From positions 1,472,001 through 1,536,000 of the forward strand of contig CAWGXH010000004.1 of assembly GCA_963826525.1 (NCBI GenBank): 64,000 nucleotides of DNA, written 5' to 3'. This document shows, in pieces, positions 41,409-51,634 of this stretch. The notes under the pieces were generated by a model. That model was given only the letters and a program-made list of their open reading frames with translations. It did not search any database and was not told the origin of the DNA. The stretch is from an uncultured Methanomicrobiaceae archaeon (lineage in GTDB: Archaea > Halobacteriota > Methanomicrobia > Methanomicrobiales > Methanoculleaceae). Every line of letters begins with the position of its first letter. Within the stretch, counting starts at the first letter, position 1. A program made the translations under genes and the position numbers.

Positions 41409-43557
41409 ATGCAGAAAACCATTTCCGGAATTATTCTGTTAGCAGGATTTCTGTGCCTTGTTCTTCTTATCGCCGTCTCTTTTCCGGGCGGTTTCGGGGA
41501 GGCGAACGATATGCGGCAGGAGGAGACAGTAGTGTGGACGATGCCCGAATTGCCGGTGCCAGACCCAAAAGAACCTATCCGTTCTGAGTATGAACCGGGG
41601 GAGATCACCCGGCTCTGCGAGAGCGCATTCGCGTCTGCAAACGCATCGCTCGATGCGATCGCAGATACACCTCCCGAGATGCGGACGGTCGACAACACCC
41701 TGATCCGGTTCGAAAACACGATGGGCGACCTCTCGGATGCGACGGGCCCCCTGATCCTAATGGGATACGTCAGTCCCGACCCTGAGATTGCGGAGGAAGG
41801 CTCTGCCTGCGAGGAGAGAACGGCTATATTCTCCACGCAGATTTACACGCGCCGCGATCTCTACGATGCTATCCGCGGTCAGACTCCGCGGAATGCCGAT
41901 GAGGCACGGCTCTACAATAAGACGATCGAAAAGTTCGAAAAGAACGGGCTGATGCTCCCCGACGACCGGCTGGCGCACGTGCGGGAGATGAGGGAAGATC
42001 TCTCGACGCTTGAGAATCAGTTCTCGACGAACCTGAACAACGACAATTCAAGTCTAGAGTTTACCGCAGAAGAACTCGCAGGCGTGCCCGACGGAGTGCT
42101 TGCGACGTTCCGGAAGACCGACCGGGATACCTATCTCGTCACCACGAAGTCTCCGGATTACATTGCCGTCATGCAGAATGCGGACAACGACGAAACCCGC
42201 AGGAGGATGCACGCCGCGTACGTCAACCGGCAGGCTGAGGAGAACACGCGGCTTCTTGAAGAGGCGATTCTCCTTCGGCAGCAGATAGCACACGAACTCG
42301 GTTACGATACCTGGGCTGACTACCAGACAGACGGCAGGATGGCAGAGAACAAGGAGAATGTGGCGAAATTTTTGTCTGCCCTGAAAGAGCCGGTACAGGA
42401 GAAGACCGGGCAGGAGACGGCAGAGCTTCTTGCGGTAAAGAAAGAGTACGATCCTCGGGCGACGTCTGTGGATGCCTGGGATATTCTCTATCTTCAGGAA
42501 AATCTCAGAAGGGAGAGGTATTCTCTCGACGACGAGACTGTCAGGCAGTATTTCCCGCTCGATTCTGTGATGGGGGGAATGTTCGACCAATACTCGGACC
42601 TTCTCGGCATCCGGATCGCCGAGGTAAAAGATGCAAAGGTCTGGGCGGAAGGTGTGCAACTCTACAGGATAGATAACGCGACCTCTGGAGATACGATTGC
42701 CTATTTCTACACCGATCTCTTCCCGCGCGAGGGGAAGTACGGTCACATGGCGATGTTCGGGCTTGTTGCCGGATGGGCAGGTCCTAACGATTCGTACAAC
42801 ATCCCTGTAGGTGCCATTGTCGGCAACGTGCGTGCACCGGACGGTGAAAAACTCTCCCTCCTCTCACAGTCCGATATCGAAGACGTCTTTCACGAGTTCG
42901 GGCACACGCTCCACTGGTGCCTGACCCGTGCACCGTATGCGACTCTCTCGGGCTACAACGTCGAGATGGATTTCGTCGAAGCGCCGTCGCAGGCGCTGGA
43001 GGAATGGGCGTGGCAGCCGGATGTTCTCCGCGAGATCTCCGGCCTGTACACCGATCCGACACAAAAGATCCCGGACGATCTGCTGGAGTCCATGATCGAG
43101 GCACGCGATATGGACATGGGGCTGACCTATTCCAGAATGCTGCGAATCTCGTGCGAGGACATGGAATATCATACTGCAGACGGGCCGGTGAATGTGACGG
43201 AGCTATCCGATGTGCTGTATGAAGAGATGATGGGGATACCGTCGATAGAGGATGATCATGAGCCTGCGACCATCGGGCATTTCATGGGTGGATATGATGC
43301 CGGCTACTACAGTTATCTCTGGTCGAAGGTGTATGCCCTGAATATCTACGACCGGTTTGCGCGTGACGGTCTTCGAAACACAACGACCGGTCGTGAGTAC
43401 CTGTACGTGGATTCTCGAACAGGGGAACATGCAGGACGCAGGCGTTCTGCTGAAAGGTTTTCTTGGAAAGGAGCCGGGCTCGGACGTATTGTATGAGCGG
43501 CTCACCGTCGGCACCTCTCCGGGTGCGGAGGTCGCCCGAGCAGGCAGTAGGTCATGA
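41409..43557 (+). CDS. M3 family (thimet oligopeptidase-like) zinc peptidase with N-terminal signal/anchor (frameshift near 43400)
   Basis: DLFPREGKY, FHEFGH, DFVEAPSQ and GYDAGYYSYLWS motifs. Confidence 0.9.
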
Positions 43558-43947
43558 TACAATCGTGTCCGCTCCTGCACCCCCGCCTGCCGGGCCGTGA
43601 GAGGCGGCGACCTGGAGAGCGTCTTTGCCCCGGGTGATCGCCGCGGAATAGTCGCCCGGTTCCCGCCATCTCGGGCGCCCCTGAAACGCGACCGGCGGCG
43701 CCGGAATTTCGACCCTCACAGAAGCCTCCGCTCGCTCGATCTCGGGGCGAGCCAAAACATCCTTCGGAAGATTACTCGTCCTCATAGCGCCGTTATAATC
43801 CTGCGGTTCTGCCCTGTTTCGGGAATCCGGGCAATCTGATTCGGTTAATTCCGATTGGCCGGATCCAGCCTCGGATGAGGACGCAAAAAGAGAAAAATAC
43901 CGCCAATTTGTCCGTATTTTTCCGGGGGGTTGCCACGCCACCCTCTG

Positions 43948-45157
43948 TCATGCCGTCCGGTCGCGCACGGAGAGGGCAAAGAACCCGCAGGCTGCTGCGG
44001 CGATACCAAAACTTGCAAAAAATCCAATGCCGAAGCCGCTGCCGGCAATAAGGACTCCCGTGACGAGCGGACCTGCCGAATGCCCGATATCCATGATGGA
44101 GGAGAGTGCTCCCATCGAGGCTCCCAGGTGTTCTTTCTCTGCGATGTCCGCGACATACGCACTGGTAGCGACCGTAGAGAGCGACATGCCGAGCCCGAGA
44201 ACGGAACTTATGAGCAGGAACTCTGCAAACGCCGATGCTGCCGGGAGAGCGGCTACTGAACACCCGAGAACGAGAAGACCTATGACGATCTGAACCCGTT
44301 TGTCAGCCCGGTCGGCGATCCTGCCGAAGAACGGTTTTGTCACCGCGATGACCAGCACCTGGATGGTAAAGATAATCCCGGTCTGGTACGCATCAACCCC
44401 CCGGGAGAGGAGAAGGAGCGGCAGGAATGTCTCAAACGCCCCGAACGCAAAGTAGGTTGCCATATCCGCGAGGGCCGTTGCCCGCAGTCTCCGGTTCGTA
44501 AAAAACGTGACAAAACTTTCGCGAAACAGAGAGAACGGGAGAATCGTAATCCTGGCCGGATGCTCCTCCCGGTACATGAGGGTCAGGATGACGACCGGCA
44601 CTGCGGCGAGTGCTGCAGCCAGATATACGATCCTGTAGGGGATGAGCCCGGGGTAAAAGACGAAGTACGAGATGATGATCCCGCCGACCAGCGGTGCAAG
44701 CGTCCGCCCGACCAGGGTTGCGGAAGAGGTACTGCCCCAGCATCTCCCCCTTCTTCTCCGAAAATCGCTCGGCGATCATTGCCGAGACTACCGGCCCGAG
44801 GATCGCGGTTGCCGTACCATGGAAAAACCTGACCGGGATCAGCCAGAATGGATCGGAGATGAAGAGGTAGATCAGGGGTGCAGAGAGGAATACCGCCCCT
44901 GAAGCGATGAGCAGCCTTCTCCGTCCCATATGATCGGAGAGGACTCCTATCGGGAACGAGAACAAGATCCCTGCGAGCGGGGAGACCGCGGCAATCAGGC
45001 CGATGACTGCATCACCGGCACCAAGGGCCTGCGAGAACAAGGGCAGCACCGGGTTCTTTGAGATGGTTGTCGAAAAGATGGCGAAAAATCCGAGCAGGAA
45101 GATTGAATACATCGTCCGGCGGTCCAGTGTAGAAGAAGTACGGGGTGCATCCGGCAT
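43948..45157 (-). CDS. MFS transporter (frameshifts near 44600-44730)
   Basis: GVLSDHMGRRR and GRIADRADKR motif A; 12-TM pattern. Confidence 0.9.
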
Positions 45158-45921
45158 GCTATGGATCAGGGTTGAGGAGGAAAGAGGGATAAAGGTGCCG
45201 TAGATCTCCTGATCATTCATCTATCACTTTTCCGGCCCGCTTACTCCGCCTTCCTCCTTTTCATGACACCCTCACGCACCAGTACTCCGCTCCTCCAATC
45301 CATCCGCATAGTTGGCTCCAGGTTATACTCCGTGCATATTATGAGGGGGACATTCGCCCTATCTCTGCACGAGGTATCGATCACGCTGGCATGGGAAGAG
45401 ATCTGTTTGTGCTCTCCTCCTGCCGAATGAGGCCGTAATGTCCGGGAGCTTTCCTGTCGGTCTCCTGGCAGGCGAGGTGAGTGAAAGGCTGGCGAACTAT
45501 CGGTGGTAAGGATCGATAGGATGGAACACTCTGTTCCGGGTTGGTACCGGGACATTCTCCTGCAAGGGAGATCAGAAGAGAGTCTGAAAGCGTTTAACGA
45601 AAGATCTTAAAAACGGAATGCTGCTATGGAGTTTTCCAGATTAGGGCTTAATTCCGCCCCCGATTGAAATTTTGCCCGCGTTGCCGATCTGTAATATATC
45701 AGCAAAGGAGAAAAACTTTGTGCGCGTAAGCTCGCATCGCCAGTCCTCTTGATTCCCATCTGTTTTCACGGAAATCACTGCTCCGCATTGAATTCTCATG
45801 CCACTGATTTGCTGCCACCTAATCGTCGCCCAACCTCGTTCATAGGACGTGCCGCACCTGCCGCACACTTTCGCCCCGCTTCTGCTCAGAATGTTTAAAT
45901 CCCGTCGCCGACGCTAACCGC

Positions 45922-46797
45922 ATGGAGCAAGACCAGCCACACAAGAGCCCGACGCTCTTCCGGGACCCGGGCGTCTTTGCCGCCGACTACCTTCCCGAAC
46001 CGGCACCCAGTCGGGCGGCCCCGATGGAGCAGCTCGCCTTTAACCTGCGGTCGGGCATGGTCGGCGCAACGCCGGACAATGTCATCTGCAGGGGCCCGCC
46101 GGGCACCGGGAAGACCGCATGCGTGCGGGCGCTCTTCGCCGATATCGAGGAGATGACCGATCGCTTCATCCCCGTCTACGTCGACTGCCGCGTCGACCGG
46201 ACGGAGCACGCAATCTTCTCGCGGATCTTCTCGAAGCTGACCGGCCGGCCGCCTGCGGAAGAGATGGCCGAGTGGGAGATCCGGGGAGCCGTAGCGGACC
46301 TGCTGCGGGAGCGTAAGGCCGTGCTCGTCGTCTGCCTCGACGAGATCGCCTGCCTCGGCAGCAAAAGCGAGATCAACCACCTGCTGTACGTGCTGCTGCG
46401 CATGTACGAGAGTTATCCCGGCACCAGGATCGGCGTGGTCGCTACCGTCAGCGACCTTTCCTACAATCTCCCCGCCAATCTGGATCCTTCCGTCTTCTCG
46501 GTCTTCCACCCGGTCGAGATCTTCTTCCAGCCGTTCGGCGTCGGCGAGATCCGCGGGATCCTCCGTGACCGGGTGCAGCAGGGGCTCGCTCCCCGCGCAG
46601 TCCCGGTCAAGGTGCTCGAGATGGTCGTGGAGCGGACGAGAGCATGCGGTGACATCCGTGTGGGTCTTGACCTCCTGAAGAGGGCGGCGATGTTCGCAGA
46701 GCAGGACGGTCGGAGGGTGGTAGGCCGGGAGGATGTTTCTATGGCGTATGAGCATTTCAATGATGGATCCACGGTTGCAGGGGATCCGTTTGTTTAG
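45922..46797 (+). CDS. cdc6: Cdc6/Orc1-family AAA+ paralog lacking the C-terminal winged helix
   Basis: LFRD..VF..DYLPE, GPPGTGKT, LDE and GDIRVGLDLL.RAA motifs; only 291 aa. Confidence 0.8.
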   Translation: MEQDQPHKSPTLFRDPGVFAADYLPEPAPSRAAPMEQLAFNLRSGMVGATPDNVICRGPPGTGKTACVRALFADIEEMTDRFIPVYVDCRVDRTEHAIFSRIFSKLTGRPPAEEMAEWEIRGAVADLLRERKAVLVVCLDEIACLGSKSEINHLLYVLLRMYESYPGTRIGVVATVSDLSYNLPANLDPSVFSVFHPVEIFFQPFGVGEIRGILRDRVQQGLAPRAVPVKVLEMVVERTRACGDIRVGLDLLKRAAMFAEQDGRRVVGREDVSMAYEHFNDGSTVAGDPFV

Positions 46798-46907
46798 ATG
46801 AACTGTACCCCATCTGTTTTCAGAACCCCTCTGCGCCCTTTTCTGAAAACAGTGCGCCGATCTGCTGCTACACCAGATCCGCCGCACAAATCAAGAGGAG
46901 ATACGAA

Positions 46908-48805
46908 TTACGCCGCAATGCCGTGCGTGACAGCTTCTCCGTTCTGCGGTGCGGCTTTTTGAAGCGTGAACCGGAACGCCGCCCCCTGCTCCGGCCGGCC
47001 GGTCACCCGGTCGTCCGCCCAGACCTGCCCGCCGTACCGCTCGGCGAGTATCTGCACGAGGAAGAGCCCGAGCCCTTCGCCGACGCCCCGTTTCTTCTGC
47101 TCGTACCGGTGGAAGATCGCATCCTTGTCCGTATCCGGCACGCCGGGGCCGGTATCCTCGACCGAAACCAGGACGGTTTCGCCCGCATCCTCGACCCGGA
47201 CGGTGATCTCGACGCCGGGACCACCATGCTTCACGGCGTTGCTGATGAGGTTGTTGAAGACCACGGAGAGAAGATCGTCTGCCCAAACCCGGTAGTGCAG
47301 CCCGTCGCAGAGAATGGTGCTGCACGGGAAATCTTTCGTCACCCCCCGGATCACCGCATCGAGATCCATCGGTTTGAGCTCGAACGACTCCCGGTGAATC
47401 CGGCGGATGGTAGAGACAGTCTTCAGGATCTCGATACTCTTCTGGACGCTACGCTGCAGCTTTTTCACATACCCGACTTCCTCCCCCTTCCCCTGCAGGC
47501 TGTCGATGAGCAGGTCGGCGTAGAGGTTCGAGACGTTCTCGGTGTTGCCGATATCGTGGGTGAGGATGTCCAGGTAGAGGTTCGCCTCCCGGTTCGCGGC
47601 CACCAGTTCCCGCTGAAGCGGGTGAGCTCTTCAGTGTGGCGCATAAGCGCTTCTTCCGCCTGCTTGCGTTCGGTGATGTCCCTGATGTTAACGGTGGTAA
47701 TCGGATTTCCACGGACAAAGCCATGCGCGAATGAAGTCTCAAGCCACACCTCCCCACCATCCCGGCGCCTGAAGAAGAACTCCTTTTGCTCCTGCGTCCC
47801 GGGATTCTCCGGCAGCCGGATGCCTGCCAGATCCTGAAGCGGCCTCCCCACCGCCTCGTCGCTGCTGTAGCCGAGGATACTCTCGGCGGCGGAGTTCCAG
47901 ATCAGCACGGTTCCCTCTGCATCAAGGCCGATGATCGCGTCGGGAGATGCCTCGATCAGAAGTCTGTATCCTTCGCCGGAGGGAGGGAAGATCCTGTCCA
48001 GCATCTGGTGAACGTCAGTCTGGCGGTTGCGGGAGAGGTACAGCAGCAGGATCAGGGCTATCAGGAAGTAGAGGGAGGCACCCCACTGCCCCGCTCTGCC
48101 TACCCAGGCCATGATATCCCCGCTGGATACAGTCACCAGGTACGCGAGCTGACCGAGGCTCAGGAATGCCAGCGCCAGACTGTACATATACAGGAACGAC
48201 GAGCGTGCCCGGACGTGCTGCACGAATATCAGCAGGGCGGAGGCCGCAAACAGGATCGCAGCGAATCCGATGACCACCTGCCGGATCGGGGTGCCGCCCT
48301 CGCCGGCGATGAAAAAGGCGGGGAGCCGCTGCGCCGTACTTGCGAGGACTACCAGCAGTACTGCCGCTATCCCGCCGCCATAGCCCGCTGCGAGAGCAAT
48401 TACCCGCTGCCGCATGTCAGCCCTCATCAGGCCGATAGATAAGAGGGCGGTCAGGGCGCCGATGAAGTGCAGGGAACCGGCGAGGAGGGCGCCGATATTC
48501 TGTATCTGCACGCCGGCATTCAGGCTGATCGGGGTTCCGAACAGGTTCGCCATGAGGATGGCCAGCCCCAGCACGAGGATGCCGGACCCCATCCAGACGA
48601 GCTGCAACCGGCCGGTCTTCACCACGGCCCATGCAACGAGCACGGCGAGAACGATGAACCCGATGTTCAGGAAGATGTTGAACCCTGCCTGAAAGGGAGC
48701 AATAAAATCGAGAGGGACGTTTGCAAAGACCTGCACGACGAAAACCAGTGCCAGCAGAAGAACGGGCGCGGCAGCAAGCAGGCGCCAGGTATGCTGCACG
48801 TTCAT
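46908..48805 (-). CDS. Multi-TM PAS sensor histidine kinase (frameshift near 47610)
   Basis: About 8 TM, a PAS domain, YLDILTHDIGN H-box, and NAVKH, DTGPG, GLGL boxes. Confidence 0.9.
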
Positions 48806-49100
48806 GGTCCGCCACTGCTGTCTGCTGCTGTCATGTGATTTGCCTGCTATGAATACTCTTTCTGTGAATGCATTATCAGCATTGGTTGCTCAGCCCCGGC
48901 GTTGCTTAACGGATATTAACTACGATTAATCTGATCAAGTATAACTTTTCCCATTCGGTTATTACGCACCGAGCGGTGGCAAAAGGAGTTTTGCACGGCT
49001 TACGAGAGGTTTTATGGCGTAATCTCACGTGTGAGTGCCCCCTCTGCCACAACAGCCGGCTACCGCTGTATTCTCTGTCTTCCTTCGCCCTCCGGAGCGT

Positions 49101-49395
49101 CCCACCTCCGCCCGCTCCCTCCGGTCGCTCCGCCCTCCTCCCAGGGGAGGAGGGCAGTCCGGTGCGATACCCCGTGTCCCGGGCCAGCCTCCACTGCCAG
49201 GGCGGGTAACGGTAGCGAGTGCCCGACCTCCAGCCGCGAGCATGCCCGGCGGAGCCGGTGATGCGAGCGGCGGGCCGGAGCAGCCGTCACGCTGCGAGGC
49301 CGCGCCGAGCGAGTGAGGGCGCCCGCGGTCCCGGACACCGCGAAGAACCAGGGCGACGTTCCGAAGCGAGCACCGCGAGCGAGGAATCTCGCCCG
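49101..49395 (-). repeat. Structured ~290-bp repeat, copy A (inverted relative to B and C)
   Basis: Its reverse complement aligns along its length with 51298..51569. Confidence 0.9.
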
Positions 49396-49415
49396 TCGGC
49401 GGGGCCCGGCAAATG

Positions 49416-49571
49416 TTACTCTTCCTCGACCGGATCGAGCAGGATGATCTTCACTCTTTTACCGACCCACGAGACCGGCACCATAACATGGCCGCTGTTC
49501 CCGGTTTTGGTAACGGTCTTCTCCCGCACTTCGTATCCGCTGATAGTGAGTTCCACTTTATCCATACTCAT
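49416..49571 (-). CDS. DUF2080-family small protein (AbrB-like, mobile-element associated); missed by the ORF track
   Basis: Manual translation: MSMDKVELTISGYEVREKTVTKTGNSGHVMVPVSWVGKRVKIILLDPVEEE* (GNSG..VP..W.GK.V pattern). Confidence 0.8.
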   Translation of the reverse strand: MSMDKVELTISGYEVREKTVTKTGNSGHVMVPVSWVGKRVKIILLDPVEEE

Positions 49572-49607
49572 TATGTAATCTTTGTATCATATAAAATCTA
49601 ACTTAAA

Positions 49608-49645
49608 TTATACATTGTATATACAATGTATAAAAGTTTAAATAC
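49608..49645. promoter_or_regulatory. Perfect 26-bp palindrome abutting a BRE/TATA-like box in a divergent promoter
   Basis: ttatacattgtatatacaatgtataa (49608-49633) followed by aagtttaaata. Confidence 0.75.
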
Positions 49646-49702
49646 TCAGCCGTCCTATACTATAATAGTGAGCGGAGAGGCGCTCACTGGAGGAATAGAC
49701 AG

Positions 49703-49966
49703 ATGACATTCAAGAAAATCGGAAGGCTGGCCCTGCACGACGGCCGGCTCCGGGTCGAGATCGACACGGTCGGATCGTTCACCTTCGACGATCACTGCCT
49801 GGTCGGCGAGGACGGCCGGCGGCACGGCTACGCGATGCCGAGCACGACGGGAAAAGCGATGAACCTGCACCTGACGGACGGAGCGCTCTGCACCGTGATC
49901 AAGTCGCAACTCCTGCAGGTCGTCAGCGGGAATATCGGAAAAGCAGCAGTGTTCGAGGTGGCGTAA
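49703..49966 (+). CDS. Hypothetical protein
   Basis: 87-aa ORF with ggagg RBS; first gene of the ardC operon. Confidence 0.75.
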   Translation: MTFKKIGRLALHDGRLRVEIDTVGSFTFDDHCLVGEDGRRHGYAMPSTTGKAMNLHLTDGALCTVIKSQLLQVVSGNIGKAAVFEVA

Positions 49967-50286
49967 ATGTCCTGGACAGACGCCGACAGCCACCCCGAAC
50001 CCCTGCACAGAGAAGATCGGCGGGCAGCCCCTTAACCCTTCCGGGCGCCCCCTCTCGTTCACCGACGCGATCCCGTACCGCGACCTCCGCCGGATGGCCG
50101 ACCTCGATGAGCGGGCGATGGAGATCGGCGCCGAGAGAAACCCGCTCTCGCAGCGGGTCGCCGCCCACCTCTTCAAGCAGGCCGAGGAGATCCTGCAGCA
50201 GGTACCGCGACCTGGTCGCGGAGCACGGCCTCGAGGCATGCGCACAGTGGGCGGCCGAGGCCGACGCACGGAGGGGACTTCTGATG
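49967..50286 (+). CDS. Hypothetical protein (frameshifted; boundaries approximate)
   Basis: ATG directly after the upstream stop. Readable as ...FTDAIPYRDLRRMADLDERAMEIG...QAEEILQQ/YRDLVAEHG across indels. Confidence 0.5.
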
Positions 50287-50433
50287 CCGGCGACCTGCGA
50301 CGAGTGCGGCGCCGAGGTGCCGGACGACTGCTGCCGGATGAGCCGCGAGCGGGAAGAGTTCTGGGGTGCGCCGTGTTCCTACACGGTGATCACCGGCTAC
50401 ACCTGCCCGGAGTGCGGGCATGAGGAGGTATGA
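50284..50433 (+). CDS. Small zinc-finger protein (CxxC...CPxCG)
   Basis: MPATCDECG...YTCPECGHEEV*. Confidence 0.7.
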   Translation: MPATCDECGAEVPDDCCRMSREREEFWGAPCSYTVITGYTCPECGHEEV

Positions 50434-50436
50434 CGG

Positions 50437-51406
50437 ATGGTCTCCGTCTACGAGGTGGTCCGGGACCGGATCATCTCCTCCCTTTCAGCCGGCACGGTGC
50501 CCTGGCGGCAGACCTGGCAGAGCATGTCCCCGATGAACCTCGCCACCGGCCGGCCCTACCGGGGGATCAACCGGATCCTGCTCGCGGGGCATCCCTGGTG
50601 GGGCACCTACAACCAGATCAAGCAGCCTCGGCGGCTACGTCCGGAAGGGCGAGAAGGCATCCGGGATCGTGGTCTTCTGGTCGTTCGACGAGACCCGGCG
50701 GACGGTGAGCGAGAACGGCGACGAGGTCGCGGTGATCATGCAGCGGGAGCGGCCGCTGGTGCGCTACTACAAGGTCTTCAATCTCTCGCAGTGCGACGGG
50801 ATCGCCGTGGAGGACGTCGGCGAGGTGCAGCCGATCGCCTCCTGCGAGGACGTGATCGCCCGGAACGCTCCCCGGGTGATCCCGGGCGAGCCGGCCTACC
50901 TCCCGAAGAGCGACCGGATCGCGATGCCGGCGCCGGACCGGTTCACCTCGGCGGAGGCCTACTACGCGGCCTTCTTCCACGAGCTCGCCCACTGGACCGG
51001 GCACGCCTCCCGGCTCGACCGGCCGGGGATCACGGAGCCGATCCGGTTCGGCAGCGAGGAGTACAGCCGCGAGGAGCTGACGGCGGAGATGGGCGCCGCG
51101 TTCCTCTGCGCGATGACCGGCACCGATCTGCCGGTGCTCGAGAACCAGGCGGCCTACATCGCCGGGTGGCTGAAGCATATCCGCGACGGTTCGGCGGTCG
51201 ACGTGATCCGGGCCGCGGCGGATGCCCAGCGAGCGGCGGACTTCCTCACCGGGAACGGTGGGGAGGAGGCCTCTTCTTTTTCGAGGGCGGGAGCGGCCGG
51301 GCGAGATTCTTTGCTCCCGGTGGTCGCTGCAGAACATCGCCCTGGTTCTTCCCGGTGTACGGGATCGCCGGCGCCCTCACTCGCTCGGCGCGGCCTCGCT
51401 TCGTGA
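50437..51406 (+). CDS. ardC: ArdC-like antirestriction protein (ssDNA-binding N-domain + zincin-like MPTase); frameshift near 50625; natural stop probably near 51270
   Basis: PWRQTW, N..TGRPYRGIN, WGTYNQ, VFN.SQ, FHELAHWTGH.SRLDR, YSREELTAEMG, AAYI.GW and AQRAADF motifs. Confidence 0.9.
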
Positions 51407-51569
51407 CGGCTGCTTCCGCCCGCCGCTCGCATCGCCGGCTCCGCCGGGCATGCTCGCGGCTGTTACCTGTCCTGTCGATAGAGGCTGCCGGGGATACGGG
51501 CTATCGCACCGGACTGCCCTCCTCCCGGGGAGGAGGGCGGAGCGACCGGAGGGAGCGGGCGGAGGTGGG
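51298..51569 (+). repeat. Structured repeat, copy B
   Basis: Shares gccctcactcgctcggcgcggcctcgc, ccggctccgccgggcatgctcgcggctg and the gccctcctccc...ggaggagggc hairpin with copy A. Confidence 0.9.
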
Positions 51570-51634
51570 GCAAACGCACCATCCAAAAATGGTGCAGCGG
51601 CCGTAAGCAGGAAGGTATTCCATTCCGGACCGTC

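Noticed and set aside
45230-45920. tRNA or att site at the island boundary
   Set aside because: No cloverleaf or T-loop signature and no matching direct repeat found by eye.
49080-51600. Classical IS or composite transposon
   Set aside because: There is no transposase or integrase, and I see no target-site duplication outside the repeats. Mobility remains a hypothesis.
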